From: Camelus ferus
Lineage: Eukaryota
Assembly: GCF_009834535.1 (NCBI RefSeq)
Contig: NC_045697.1
Span: 8,496,001 to 8,560,000 of the forward strand
Direction of reading: 5' to 3'
Length of the DNA: 64,000 nucleotides
Shown in pieces: positions 1 to 12,438 of this stretch. Position numbers and translations under genes: made by a program. The notes beneath the pieces are model-generated. The model did not search any database. It worked only from the letters and a program-made list of their open reading frames with translations, and was not told where the DNA came from. Within the stretch, counting starts at the first letter, position 1. The number at the start of each line of letters is the position of its first letter.

Positions 1-2886
1 TCTGCCTCCCCTCCCCATCCCTCAAAATGTGCACCGCTGATAAAGGGCATGTATCTCACCCGTATTTTCCTAATGCATCCAACAAATATTTGCTGAAATG
101 TTGCTCCCTCCAGGGATAGATCCCCAATCTCTAGTGCCAAGTTTTACAATCTTCTCACAGAGGAAAGAGACCTTCTACACAAACGGAAAGCCCTGAAAAG
201 AACCACTTGTTCCTTCCTAAGCATGAGCAAGAGAGGCTATCACTTTAAAAATGTGTGGTTTCTGTCCTGGTCGCTGTGGTGGACAAGCCCATCTTTAAAT
301 GTATCCAAAAATGTCAGCTGTCACATTTAAGGGCAGACATCCAGCCCCAGCCGCCCCACAAAGGTGGGCATGTTATCAAAAGGCCATCACAGAGCACTTA
401 ATGGACCTCCAGTCCTAAGTAAACACGGCAGGGGGACACGGGGTGCCGCCCCACATCCCGGTTGTTTGTGTGTTCCTGTCAGACTAGTCAATTTCATTGG
501 CCTACGACGTTACATTTACTTCTTGGAATATGAGATTGCCCAGATCTGCCTTCGTGGGTGCTGGTGGCTTAAATGGGAATGGTTTAATGAATCTCGAGTC
601 AGATCCTGTGTATAAAGTCCACATCGCAAGGGGATAGCCGGGCCTCTGCTCAGCACAGGAAGATTTATCTTCGCTGGGTTAGACTGTGACCCCCTGCCCC
701 CTCACCCTCCTTTCACACCAATAACAACTCTATCTCGCTCCCTAAAGGGCCCACGGGATCTTATTGGAGGCCCTTTAAAATCTGGAGCCAGATTATTCTT
801 CAAGTGTCTAAATGATGTTTTAATTGCACTGGTCACAGTGAGGTGCCACTTTAACTCTTTCAGTGGAAAGTGAATGATTTTACAAAGATGTGCTGAATTA
901 GGAAGAATTCATGGTCTTTGTCTTTGACACCGAAGTCCAAACGCCTGGCGGGCCTGAGCGCCCTGTATCCATGCTCCATAGTCCATCAGCCAGGTGAGCT
1001 TGGAGGGGTACAAAGAGTGAGTCTGCATTTAGGGCAGCCCTCCCACCCAGGCCGCCTCCAGCCACCCCTGGTGTCCACCACCCCCTCCTTACAGACCCTT
1101 TCTTTGGCGCAAGCCTTGGAGCTCCTCTCCTTGCCTGTTACATAAAAGTACATCCAATTGGGGTCACCTGTCACTACACTTTAATGTGAATAAATCTGCC
1201 CTAGTTTTAGGTATCAGAAGGTGTGAATCAGATTCCACTAATATCCTTCCAATCCGGTGAGCCTGAGTCCACAAGAATCTCTCAGTGTCCCTCGCTTCTC
1301 TTCTTTCTGTCTGTGGCCGAATCCCCACTCCCCACCGACCTGTGGTACCAACTTCTTAATGGGTTTTGCCACAAACATAACAGACACAACCTACACTTCC
1401 CAGTCCCTCTCCTCATGTCCAGCACCATGCCATCCAGCAGGAGAGATCTCCTCTCCATGTCCAGCTGTCTCACTTCATCCACCCCAAAGATTCCTCACTT
1501 CCTGGGGGTCGCCCTACTGAGCGGAGATTCTCTTCAGAGTCTCTCTCCTGAAGGAAGTGGAAGAGGACCCAGTTCCGGTGGAAATTCTGAACGTCGAGAC
1601 CTAATTTTCGGCCTTGGAAGGAAGGGGTTTTTACTTCCCGCTGTGAGCTTGGCCTGGGGTTTTCTTTCCCCGGCCTCCTCTCTCCAAGAAGGAAGGCAGA
1701 CTCTAACGTGAGAGGTGATGCTGCCCAAGATGCCCACTTCCATTTTTTTTTTCTTAAAACACAAACTGTAAGCCTAATGTCTCTTTGTCCTCATTTCTAA
1801 GAGAGCAATACTTCTCTACTTTCAGCAAAAATGAGAATATAAGCATATAATAAAAGGCATCTGACTCTTAGCTTCCATCAGGGAGATGAAAGGGAACGGT
1901 GGGGATAGGGTTTCCTGGAGAACACTTTTCCTTTCCCTTTTAAGTGTAGGAGACACCATTCAGTCCCAGATAATTCATACCAAATAGGACAAGAAAAATT
2001 AAAGAAGCCCTCAAACCTATTTTTAGGAGAAATCTCCTCATTTATAGGTGTCAATTTAAATCTAAAAAAAAAACCCCAAAACAAATAAAAACAACATAAA
2101 TCAGTGTGCAACAGTTGACGTAAGACAAATATTAAGGGATGAACTTAAGTTATTTCCTAAAATGTATTTTATGATGCTACAGATTTCTGAAGTGTTTTGG
2201 GCCCCATGGTCCTGTAAGTTCAGAAAACAGTGATACGTATCATGTGAAATCAAGCTCTCATCTCAGCCTTTACTCTGCATTTGTGTGCACTGTGGATTTC
2301 TGAGAGGCAGGAGGCAGGTTTTCCTAAGTATCAATGACCAGGAGAACCCTTCTCCCAGGAATACCTCAAGGGACTGCTGAACCACAGAACAAGCTGGTGG
2401 GGTCCAGGGAAAAGGGTTCTCAGAAGATGGCCAGGCTGCTCAAATTGCTGGCCTCAGGCCAGGGGCACAAAAGAAGCCTTTGTGATCCACATAGGCCCAG
2501 TCCAGCAACCCAGGAGGCTACACTGAGGTGTGGGGAGAAAGCCCTTTCTAGTAATAAAGTGTTTGTTTTCTAGGCCTTGCACATCTGTCTCCTTTGGAGG
2601 CCTCCCTGTGTGACTCTAAGGGGTCTTTCCTTCTTGTCACAACAAACATTGGGCGGAGGGGAAAACAGAGATGTGCAAAGACACCCACATCTTCTTGCAA
2701 CACCTGGAGTCTTGGAGGAAGCTAGAGGTGCAGACAGAAAAACGCAGAAAGTAAAGACAACTGCTCTAACCAAGGTTTGTGCAGAGTGGAGGGAGTGGAG
2801 GAGGAGCACCCAGACTTGAGAGTCAAGAGAGATTCAAGAGCTTGCCAGATAGATGGGCAAGGGCAACCATGTTTCAGACAGAGAAA

Positions 2887-3066
2887 AACCAGGGACAGTT
2901 TTGCTCCCCCAAGGGACATATATTCGACAATGCCTAGATAGATTTTTGATTGTCACAACGGAGGGGGTGGACTTGCTACTAGCATCCAGTGGGTAGAGGC
3001 AGAGCAGCCCCAACAACAAAGATCCATCTGTCCCAAGTGTCAACACCCTGGGGCTGAGAAGCCCTG
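2887..3066 (+). mobile_element. MER20-like hAT-Charlie DNA transposon remnant
   Basis: Matches recalled MER20 motifs (ttttgctccccc..gggaca, gattgtcacaac, tgctactagcatccagtgggtagaggc, terminal gagaagccctg); internal deletion. Confidence 0.75.
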
Positions 3067-3308
3067 CCACAGGCCAACACAGAGGTGTGAGGACAGGTTA
3101 ACCTGGGCGTCTTCGAGCACCTGGCGCAGCTGAGTGGCGGTAGCACAGAGCCGTCTCCCTCCACTCCCAGGTCATGAACTCCTCAAAGGCACTGGCTTAT
3201 CTTATTGGTCTTGATATTTCCAGGACCTAGACTCTGATAAGCACGAACTGAACGAATGAAATAGGTCTCCCAAGGAGCAATGTGATAAGAATGCTGGGGG
3301 AACATACG

Positions 3309-3775
3309 TGTATTAAGTTCCTCCAGCACTCATAACAGATCACCACAAGTTGGCAGCTGAAAACAACAGAGATGTGTTTTCTCACAGTCCTGGAGGTCAG
3401 AAGTCTGAAATCAAGATGCTGGAAGAATTTGTTCCTCCTGGAGGTTTTGAGGGAGAATCCTTCCTTCTCTCGTCCATCTTCTCCAGGTGTTCCCTGGCTT
3501 ACAGAAGCATAATTCCAATCTCTGCCTCCATCTTCCCTTGGGTCTTCCACTTGGCATTCTCCTCTGTGTCTGTGTCTCCTTCTTTTCTGTCTCTTATAAG
3601 ATGTGTGTCACTGCATTTAAAGTCCACTTGGTTAATCCAGGCTGAGTTCATATTAAGATCCTTAAATTAACTACATCTGCAAAGACCCTTTTTCCAAGTC
3701 AGATCATATTCACAGGTCCTGGGAGTTAGGGCTTGAACTTAGTTTTCTGAGGGGGCCACCAATCAAGGGGCTACG
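3309..3775 (-). mobile_element. MaLR solo LTR (MLT1 family)
   Basis: tgtattaagttcc...aaaacaacagagatgtgttttctcacagtcctggaggtcagaagtctgaaatcaagatg...acatctgcaaagaccctttttcca, the typical reverse-orientation MLT1 text. Confidence 0.85.
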
Positions 3776-5409
3776 ATAGGGGCCATGTCCTGGAAGGCAG
3801 AATGGGAAACAGACAGAGGAAGAGAAGAATGTATCCTCTACCTGGATCATCATTTCTCCAGGAGTTGGCCACTCAGAGTCTCACTGAGTAAGACGGCAAG
3901 ATAAGATGGCAGGGGCATTTTATTTTGAAGTAGAAAACACTTATGTACAGAGCACATGGGTACAAACTATTTTCAACGATAAAAGAGCCTGTCAAGGAGG
4001 AAGTTCAGGGGAGTCAATAAAGATTCCACCAAATTCACATGACATCCCTAGATTTCAAGTCTCTGAAATCTGCTCTGGGCATAGATTCAACCCGTGCTGT
4101 TGGTGGGAAGCCTCACTTTCCTGGGAGCAAAGAGGAAAACTTGAGAAGCTCTCTGCAAAGCTCTAGATGCCACGAAGTAGCTCAGTCTGAGCCCAGTCCC
4201 CAAAATAAGGAACACTGGGTGTCTGTTTTTAAAATTGGTCTTGTCACCCTAAATTATCCCCACTTCTTGTCTTGACACAACCTCGAAAAGCTGCTCTCAG
4301 GCGTGGATCCATCAAAGCTGCATTGGGGCGAGAGGGGCATATTTTAAAATGACAGATCTAAGAAGCGAGCCCTCAGCACTCTAAATGAATATATCATTTT
4401 AAAGATGGAAACGACTTCTGGAATACCCTGTAATCCGACATTTCTCAATAAACCTCACGTAATAAGTTCTTCACAGGTCCGAAGACCCGGTCTTGGGGTG
4501 AACAAGTACATTCTGGAGCCACACTGGGGGGAACTGAAGTAAGCAGGGCAGAGGGCAGAGGGTCGTGGGCACCTTTGAAAGCGACTCCAAGATCGCATCA
4601 CCAAAGCAAGCTTGATTTTAGAAGAGGGATGAATGGCCGACTTAACTGAGCTCCCCTCAGACCTCTAGTTGGTCAAGATGGATTCTCCCATTTTACACAA
4701 ATACGCTGGTTCCTTGCTCCTCTGAGAGACTGGAGGCTGGTTGGGAAGGTTTTTCCACTGAATGGTTTTCAATGTAATAATACTTAATACTCCTTTTTGA
4801 AACAGTTTCCTCTTTTTCTGAATATTTTCATGGGACTGTAACCCATTTGTACATAAAATTGGTTGAAAGTGACATGTTGAAAAGTCCGGCAAACACTGCA
4901 GCGCACTCTATTTTCAAGGAATATAAAATTGGGCTCTGTCTGACACCTTGAGTGCGCTTGTGAAAACAGAATGTCACATCTCAAAGGGTTATTCTTGATA
5001 GTTTAAAAAAATAAAATAAAATAAACAGACCTCTCTAGGCAAACAGCCCCCTTTGTACTCCAGTTTCCTTGGAAACGCTGGCAATTGTATTTTTCATGGC
5101 ATGGTCTTTTTCACTTGGTTTTTAAAAGTCTGGTTTAGGCAGCTGACTTAGTGACCCTCAGAATTCAGGAAATAATCTTTATTAAGGCAGTATGTGATAT
5201 TTTAATAGATCCTAAAGATAGTACCTTTACTGTAGACCTAGTAGAAGAAAAGAAGATGTATAAATTGTTGTACAAGCTGGAAGAAATGGACCTCATTTTG
5301 TCCTGAGCAATGCTGCTATGATAATCCATTCTATCTAACGTCCCTATTTGAAAATTCCTGGCTTTAAGGGACTAAATATAGTATTTGGAATCTTCCTTAC
5401 AGAAGAATT

Positions 5410-5790
5410 CCCAATATTATGTGTCAACAATCCCCTCTCCAGGAGGTGGAGTTTAACTGCCCCCCACAATCCCCCTGGGGTTGCTGGACTCAGTGACTCA
5501 CTTCTGAAGAATAGAGTATGGAAAGGGATAAATAATGACTTTACAATGAGACCTGGTGGACAACGTCTTAACCAAGTGTGAAGGTTAATATCCTCAATGG
5601 TATGTCACATGGATCCCATGACCTCCCTGACATGACATGATTAGAAGGGCATTTCACCTCAGTTTTGACAAATGTACCATGCTTACCTGTTAGAGAGGGA
5701 GGGAAAAATGGGTGAGAAACATGGGAACTTTCTGTACTACCTTTACAACTTTATTATAAATATAAAATTATTTTAAAATTAAAAGGCATA
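5410..5790 (+). mobile_element. Old L1 (L1MC/MD-type) 3' end fragment
   Basis: ccaggaggtggagtttaact, ttttgacaaatgtaccat, atgggaactttctgtactacctttacaact and an A-rich end. Confidence 0.65.
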
Positions 5791-6252
5791 TCTTAAAATA
5801 ACTTAGCACGGTTAAAAATAAAAAATAAGAGAAAGTGCCATTCTTTTGTGTTATGAGGTAGACTCAGTTCAAGAGGACAATACTGAGACAGGATTAGAAA
5901 AGCAAAAAATAAAGACAGAAACAATACAACTGGATACAAAGGTCTAAATCCTAAAGAAAGAAAAATCTGAGTTGAAGAAAAACCCCATTAGGCAGATTGT
6001 TCCCCATTGCCCAGGACATGGGTTCTTAAACTGCAATTAATTTGTAAAAATTCAGATTCCTGGGTCCCACCTTCCTGATTATCAATAGATAAGAGACAGG
6101 ATCAAGTCATGCACATTTCACAGAGACATCATTGCCTCACTGTGATAAAGCACACAGACTCTGAAAGAAGTGGAGTCTCTTTCCATTCCCTTTGAATCTT
6201 GCTGGTAATGAGCATTAACCAATAAAATGCAGCTGAAGTGACTCTACATAAC

Positions 6253-6470
6253 TGTGATGATTAATTTTATGTATCAATTTAATTGGGCTACCTGGTGCCC
6301 AGATACTTAGTTAAACATTATTCTGAATGTGTGTGTCCAGGAGGATGTTTCCGGATGAGATTAACATTTGACTTGGTAGACTGAGTAAAGCAGATTGTCC
6401 TCCTTAATGTGGGTGGGCCTCATCCAATCAGTTGAAGACCTGAATAAAGCAAAAATGCTGACCCTTCCAC
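6253..6470 (+). mobile_element. MLT2 (ERVL) LTR, 5' half
   Basis: tgtgatgattaattttatgtatcaa...gatgagattaacattt...ctgagtaaagcagattgtcctccttaatgtgggtgggcctcatccaatcagttgaag. Confidence 0.85.
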
Positions 6471-6602
6471 GAGTTTTTTTCTTCCCACCTGTATGTTTAT
6501 CATCCTTTGAATCTAGTGGGGAGGGGTATTTTTACAATATTTCCTTGTTTACTTATCCTCTTTTAGTGTAAAGGGGGGCATATTAGAGAGCAGCAGTAAT
6601 TC

Positions 6603-6780
6603 TTTTTTTTTATTGAGACACAATTGACATATGACATTGCATAGGTTTAAGGTGTATGTGCTGACATTTGACACATTTATATACTGCACCATGATTACCA
6701 CCATAGCATTCGCTAACACCTCTATATATCACATAATTATCATTTCTTTTTGTGGTAAAAACAATTAAGTTTTATTTATT
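6603..6780 (-). mobile_element. L1 3' end fragment
   Basis: Poly-T followed by attgagacacaattgacatat...gtttaaggtgta...atcacataattatcatttcttttttgtggt. Confidence 0.7.
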
Positions 6781-7399
6781 AAGGATATCAAAACTTTGTA
6801 ATAATTTTTGCAAATCTTCTCCCACTCTATTATTTGCATTTAAATTTATGTATTGTTTTCCATGTATAAATTTTAATTATATTGTAAAATTAGTTTTCTT
6901 CTATGTTTGCAATTCCTTTCACTGTTTTATGGTCAGAAAAGTATTACACATCTGGAGATTAGAGAATTACCTATGTTTCCTTCTAGTTTTTTTTGAGGTT
7001 TCAGAAGTTGATGAATACATAGTTTATCTGGAATTTACTATGATGTATAACCTCTTTGGAAGGCCCCTTTTTCAACCCAGAGAATCTATCTCCCTGGTTT
7101 TAAAGGCCTATTTCTTTGAATTTAGTATACTGAAAAAATACTTTAATTGAATTTTAAAATACCGTTGAAAGGTTAAAAATTATATAATTCATACCAACAG
7201 CAAGCCTGCTCTACAAAGAACAGTTAAAAACTAGAAAAGCCTCATAAAAGTGAGTAGGTACCCACTGAATAAAATATTTGAAAGCCAAAAAAGAAATATG
7301 CAAAAGAAAACTCAGATCTATCACCTGCTAACTGTGGGATCGTGGACAAGTTTCTTAACTTTCCACCCCTGCAAAATGATAATAATAATACCTCTCTTG

Positions 7400-7590
7400 T
7401 ATAGAGAACAAACTAGCGGTTTACCAGTGGGTGGGGAGGGGCATCTTGGGGGTGGGAGGGGCTGGGAGGTACAGATTTTTGGGTGTAAGACAGGCTCAAG
7501 GATGTACTGTACAACACAGGGAATATAGCCAATATTTTGTAGTAACTACAAATGGAAAGTAATCTTTAAAAATTTTATAAAATTAAAAAA
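7400..7590 (+). mobile_element. 5'-truncated L1 3' end inserted into a MIR
   Basis: L1 3'UTR motifs (agagaacaaactag, tgtacaacacagggaatatagccaatattttg); 18-bp TSD with 2 mismatches, 7382-7399 vs 7591-7608. Confidence 0.85.
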
Positions 7591-8538
7591 ATAGTAATAC
7601 CTATCTTGAAAGGTTCTTGAGAGCAGTAGATACAAAGCATGTTCAGAACTCATTGCAGGGCCTCGAATACCAGCCACTGTGAACTTAAAGTATAAATTCT
7701 TTCCTCCTCCATCCTCCTTTTGAGAGGTGCACGTACTTGCACTTTTACACATACTATGCCAGATTCTATGTGTTTGTTTCCTGTCTGTCTCCCTTCTGAT
7801 TGACAATCTTTAATGGCTAGCCTATGGCTTTATTTCTGTATCCCTAGTTCCCATTTTGGCACCTGAAGTACAGCAAACTCTCAAATAGTTTGTGTTGAAT
7901 GAATAAATGGCTTTAAAATATCAAAGAAGCATATCAGTAAGTGCAAGAGAGTATCATCTGGACTAAATACAGAAAAAAAAAATTATCAAGTAACAGATTG
8001 TAGAGGAAACAACTTGCTAAGCTTTGAAGTAATCAACAAACACCCAAAGGTAACACCTATAGATGCATAAGGTGAAGCTGGAAAATTTGAGTGGTCCATA
8101 AAAATGTATTAATGTGAAGATGTTCTCACACTGCCCCTTGTCTGCCAATTGTGTTCTGAATTTGCACCTTCCTCTCCACCCAGCCCGGAGGAGGAATGGG
8201 TTCAGCCTGGCTTGCCCGGAGGCTGTGGGGTACAGGGAAGAATGAGACTAGAAGGTGAGGAGGGATTAGGGAGAGGTTAGGACAATCTTCAGAGTGAAAT
8301 CTGGCTCTTGGAGGAGGACACCTTCTAGCACACTCAAGAGTGAAAGGTACAATGGGTCCCCTTGTATTCATCACCTAAATACAACTATCTACATGAAGGA
8401 TCTTAGTTTACGTAATTCCCATCACAAGTTCTTATGTCAAGTAAATCCCTGTCCATTTTCAAAGTTTCTACTATTTCTAAAATGGACAAGAAGATTCTTT
8501 GATGGAGGAAGGGTGTTTTGAGAGAATGAGCCATTTTA

Positions 8539-8636
8539 TTTTATTCCATTTTTTTAATGGAGGTACTGGGGATTGAACCCAGGACCTCGTGCCTGCTAAG
8601 CATGTGCTCTACCACTCAAGCTATACCCTCCCCCTC
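8539..8636 (-). mobile_element. tRNA-Ala-derived SINE (Vic-1-like, camelid)
   Basis: Minus strand reads gagggtatagcttgagtggtagagcacatgcttagc...gaggtcctgggttcaatccccagtacctcc plus an A-rich tail (Pol III A and B boxes); perfect 15-bp TSD gaatgagccatttta at 8524-8538 and 8637-8651. Confidence 0.9.
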
Positions 8637-8975
8637 GAATGAGCCATTTTAAAGAGTGTGGAATATGAGAAAACTAGAAAACTGTAAAAAGGGAATATGA
8701 AGCATGTTGCTGATCCTTATGTAGAGGATCCCCTTTAATTCCTTCTAGTGACATACGTGAAGACTGGGATTCTTCTTAATCAGTTTCGGGCTAGTACTCA
8801 AGAATAACCTAGTCAGTCATGGGGGCTACAGGACTGCAGGTCAATACCAAGGGAGTTAAGAGACAAGCTGTCACGTGCCCAAAATATTCTTTATCAAATA
8901 TGACAAAGGGTTAATTAGTCATTAGAGAGAACAAAATAAAAGCTGTTTAAATTCTTAAGAAAAAACATCAAGACC

Positions 8976-9444
8976 TGTAGTGAGCTGAATAGTGGCTCCT
9001 ACCCAAAAAAGTTACCCCCACCTTAATCCCGTTAATTTGTAATTTTATCTTATTTTACCTCATTTGGAAAAAAGGTCTTTGCAGATGTAATCAAGTTAAG
9101 GCTCTTGAGATGAGAAGGTTGTCCTGGATTATCCAGGTGGGTCCTTACCTAATGACAAGGATCCTTATAAGATAGACATACAGAAGAGAAGCCTCACACC
9201 CAGATGGCAATGTGAAGACAGCAGAGAGAGGCAGCCACCAGCCAAGGAGAAGCAACAGTGCCAGAAGCAGGAAGTGCCAGGGATCGGGTTATTCCCTAGA
9301 GCCTCCAGAGGGAATATGGCCCTGAGGAGACCTTGATTTCAGGCTTCTGGTGTCTAGAATTATGAAAGAATAAATACATTTCTATTGTTTTGAAACACCA
9401 AGTTTGTGATAATTTGTTACAGTCACCATTAGAAAATTAATACA
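8976..9444 (+). mobile_element. MaLR solo LTR (MLT1 family), near full length
   Basis: TG...CA termini; ggtctttgcagatgtaatcaagttaagg, ctagagcctccagaggga, gaataaa, taatttgttacag...aattaataca. Confidence 0.9.
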
Positions 9445-10083
9445 AACCCAAAGAGAAACATGGGCAAGATAGAGGAAGAAGGAAAAGACAGAGCACAGAG
9501 CTTTGCACTGAAGAACTGAAGACGTCCCATGGTGGCTGGAAAGTGGAGTTCCAGGTAGGAATCAGGGAGAAAGGGAAGAGTATAGATGGGGAGGAAGAAC
9601 GATGGCTTGGGACGTCTTCAAGGTCACAGAGCGGAGCCTGAACTTGACCTGAGAACAACTACAAGCCACTGAACAGGCCATTTCACAAGAGACCCAGGAA
9701 GGGGTATGAACAGATGCCTCAAGAAGAAAGAGAAATAAAACATGAAAACCAAGAGTGTCCATCCTCAGTCTGATCACACAGTCACTGATTCACTGGACCA
9801 AGGACACTAAGTGAAGAGCTTGCAGACTAATGAGGAAGACAGAGGTTAATGAAACAGTCACATAAGTGAATGCACAATTACAGGCTGAAATAAGTGCCCC
9901 GAAAAAGCATTTGGTTCTGTGCATTTCATACCTGTCCTAACACAGGGTGCAGGAAGGGCTTCCCCAGGAGTTATGCTTGATTTGAGAAGTGAAGGAGTGC
10001 TGGTGTCACCAGGCATCTTAGACAGCTTGTCACGGTGTAGGGACCATCTCATTTCTTTCTTTTCAAACAAAAATTAAGGAGGG

Positions 10084-10865
10084 TGTGGTATTATGATTTG
10101 TAGTCAGAAATAGATACTCGATCTTCATCCTCATTTCTGACAGAGTTCCTAAACCCTTGGAATTTCCTAAAGGATGAGAGCAATATAGGGGTCTTTTGTT
10201 ATGTTAATGAGGTGATTTTGGAAACCCTGTGATTAGAAGGTTGAAACTTTCATTCTCACTCCCTTGACCTCTGGTGGGTGGGGGGAGAGTGGCTAGAAGT
10301 TGAATCAATCCCCAGTGGCCAATGATGTTATTAATCATGCCTTTGAAATGAAGTCTTCAGCAAAACCCAAAGTGATGGAATTCGAAGAGTCTCCAGGCTG
10401 GAAAATCGGAAGGCATCCACATGCCACCGTTCTGTGCACCAAACTCCACAAGGAGTGTCTCCTTTGTTTGGGAACTTGCCTTTTATATTTCATCTAGCTG
10501 TTGATTTGTATCCTTTGTAATAAATCAGTACTCTAGTGGGTAAACAGGCTTCCTGAGTTCTGTGAAACACTCCAGCAGATCAGTCTAACCCAAGAAAGGG
10601 GCCATGGCAACCTCTGATTTAAAGCTACTTATCCAGAAGCACAGGTGACAGCCTGGACTTACAACTGACATCTGCACTGGAAGACAGTCTTGTGGGACTG
10701 AGCCCTTAACCTGTGGGATCTGACACTCTCTCTCCAGGTAGTTAGTGCCAAAACTGAATTTAATTGTAGGACACCCAGCTGGGGTCAGAGAATTGTTTGG
10801 CGGTGTGGAAAACACACACACACGCGCGCACACACAGACACACTCTGGAATTGGGCGCAGAATCT
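10084..10865 (+). mobile_element. MER21-like LTR
   Basis: tgtggtattatgat, cagagttcctaaacccttggaatttcct, ggactgagcccttaacctgtgggatctgacact, aattgtaggacacccagctgg. Confidence 0.75.
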
Positions 10866-12023
10866 TTAGAAGGAATTATGGAAGGGCCACTGTATATCTA
10901 AAGATAAACACCTTTAAAACTAGGTTTCTATTTTTAAAACTACACTGCTGTGTACTTCTAGTTAGCAAGCCTCATCGGGATATCATTGTTACTAAACAGG
11001 ACCATATTTTCCTATAAATTGGGAAATTCAAGGTTTAAATTCACAGAGAAACTTTATTTTCCAACTCTCAACTAGTCAGCGCCAGGCCTGCCACAATAAC
11101 AATACTGAAAGTCTGGTCTTCATTCAATGAATTTGACCCTGAAGACAAGTGAAATGAGGAAAATCTTCTGTATTGAAATAATCTGGCCCCAACATTCTCA
11201 TGATTGGAGGTACCAGGTAATTTTTCCATGTAGATTTGGCCTGAAGATACAAAGGAAAAGTTCAAACAGGGACACAGCGTCTCTTTGGCTTAACCCCGCA
11301 GGGATGTTTGCCTTGACCATACATTTTTTTATTGTCCAGTTAAGTTTTGAGTAATTCAGCTGATGGGATTTTCAGCCCTGCCCATGGGCTGTGACTCATT
11401 CCACCATCAAATTAACAGCTCTTTTGGAAAATGTTTTTTCATGACTTGGCCAAAAATTTCCATGGCTTAATTTCATCCCTTTCTTCCCAGAGAAACTCTT
11501 TGAACAAGCCCAGTGAGTGCACACTTCAGAAGAGCCTTTATTTCTAGCCACAGCAAATGCCTGACCAACCTGTCGATTTCAACTTTCCTCAGCACCACTC
11601 CCGAACGCCTTCACCAGCCCTTCACAGCTGCTTATCAACTCTTTCTCCCCTGCTAAAGCAGATTTACAGTATCTTGAAACATCAATTCACGGGATTCATT
11701 TGGCAAAAGGAAAAGATGCAGCAGAAGGGCACATCAGGATGCCTGGATTCATTCTCCGTGCCTCTAAGAAAAGTGAGATTTTAGCCAAATTGCTTTTTCT
11801 TTTGACATCTTCATCTGTAAAACGAAGAGACTGAACTAAATGACTTCAGGGTAACTTCTACCTGTAAAACTAAAGAGCTCAATTCATTCAGGTCAATATG
11901 AAACTATAGAAAAGTTTGTCTACGGAAGTCAAGCAACAGGCATGGCATGATACAGAGTTGACGGAGAACACTGGGAGCAGAGCTGCAGAGTCCTGGCCCC
12001 TAGGTAAGAGGATGCATGCACAA

Positions 12024-12438
12024 TGTATTAGTCAACAATCTCCTCAATAACACTGCATAACAAACCAGCCCAAAGGTAAGTGCTACCATTAGTAAGCCTG
12101 TATTCTCATGCTCATGGATCCACTGGTCAGCTGGGGCAACTCTACTTCATATCATGGGCTGGGTGAGCTGGGCTTGGCTGCAGGCCACAGGTAAGACTCA
12201 GGCCTACTCCACACATCTCTCATCTTCATTGGGCCCGCTCTTCTTATGATTACTGGAGCCAAGAGCCAAGTCAAACTACATAAGCACATTTAAGGTCTCT
12301 GCTTATGTTCTACCCTCTAGCATTCCATCGGCCAAAACATGCCGCATGGCCAAGCCCAAAGTCAAAGAGTCTTAAGTATACTCTGCCCATATGGGGGAAG
12401 AAAAGTGAACATTGCTGAACAGTCATCAAACAACCACA
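12024..12438 (-). mobile_element. MaLR LTR (older MLT1 subfamily)
   Basis: tgtattagtca...ctgcataacaaaccagcccaa...acatgccgcatggccaagcccaaagtcaa...aaccaca. Confidence 0.7.

Noticed and set aside
1223..1711. 162-aa ORF
   Set aside because: GTG start, Ser/Leu/Pro-rich composition, no recognisable domain or exon structure.
8539..8636. Genuine tRNA-Ala gene
   Set aside because: A-rich tail, 15-bp TSD and a degenerate cloverleaf indicate a SINE.
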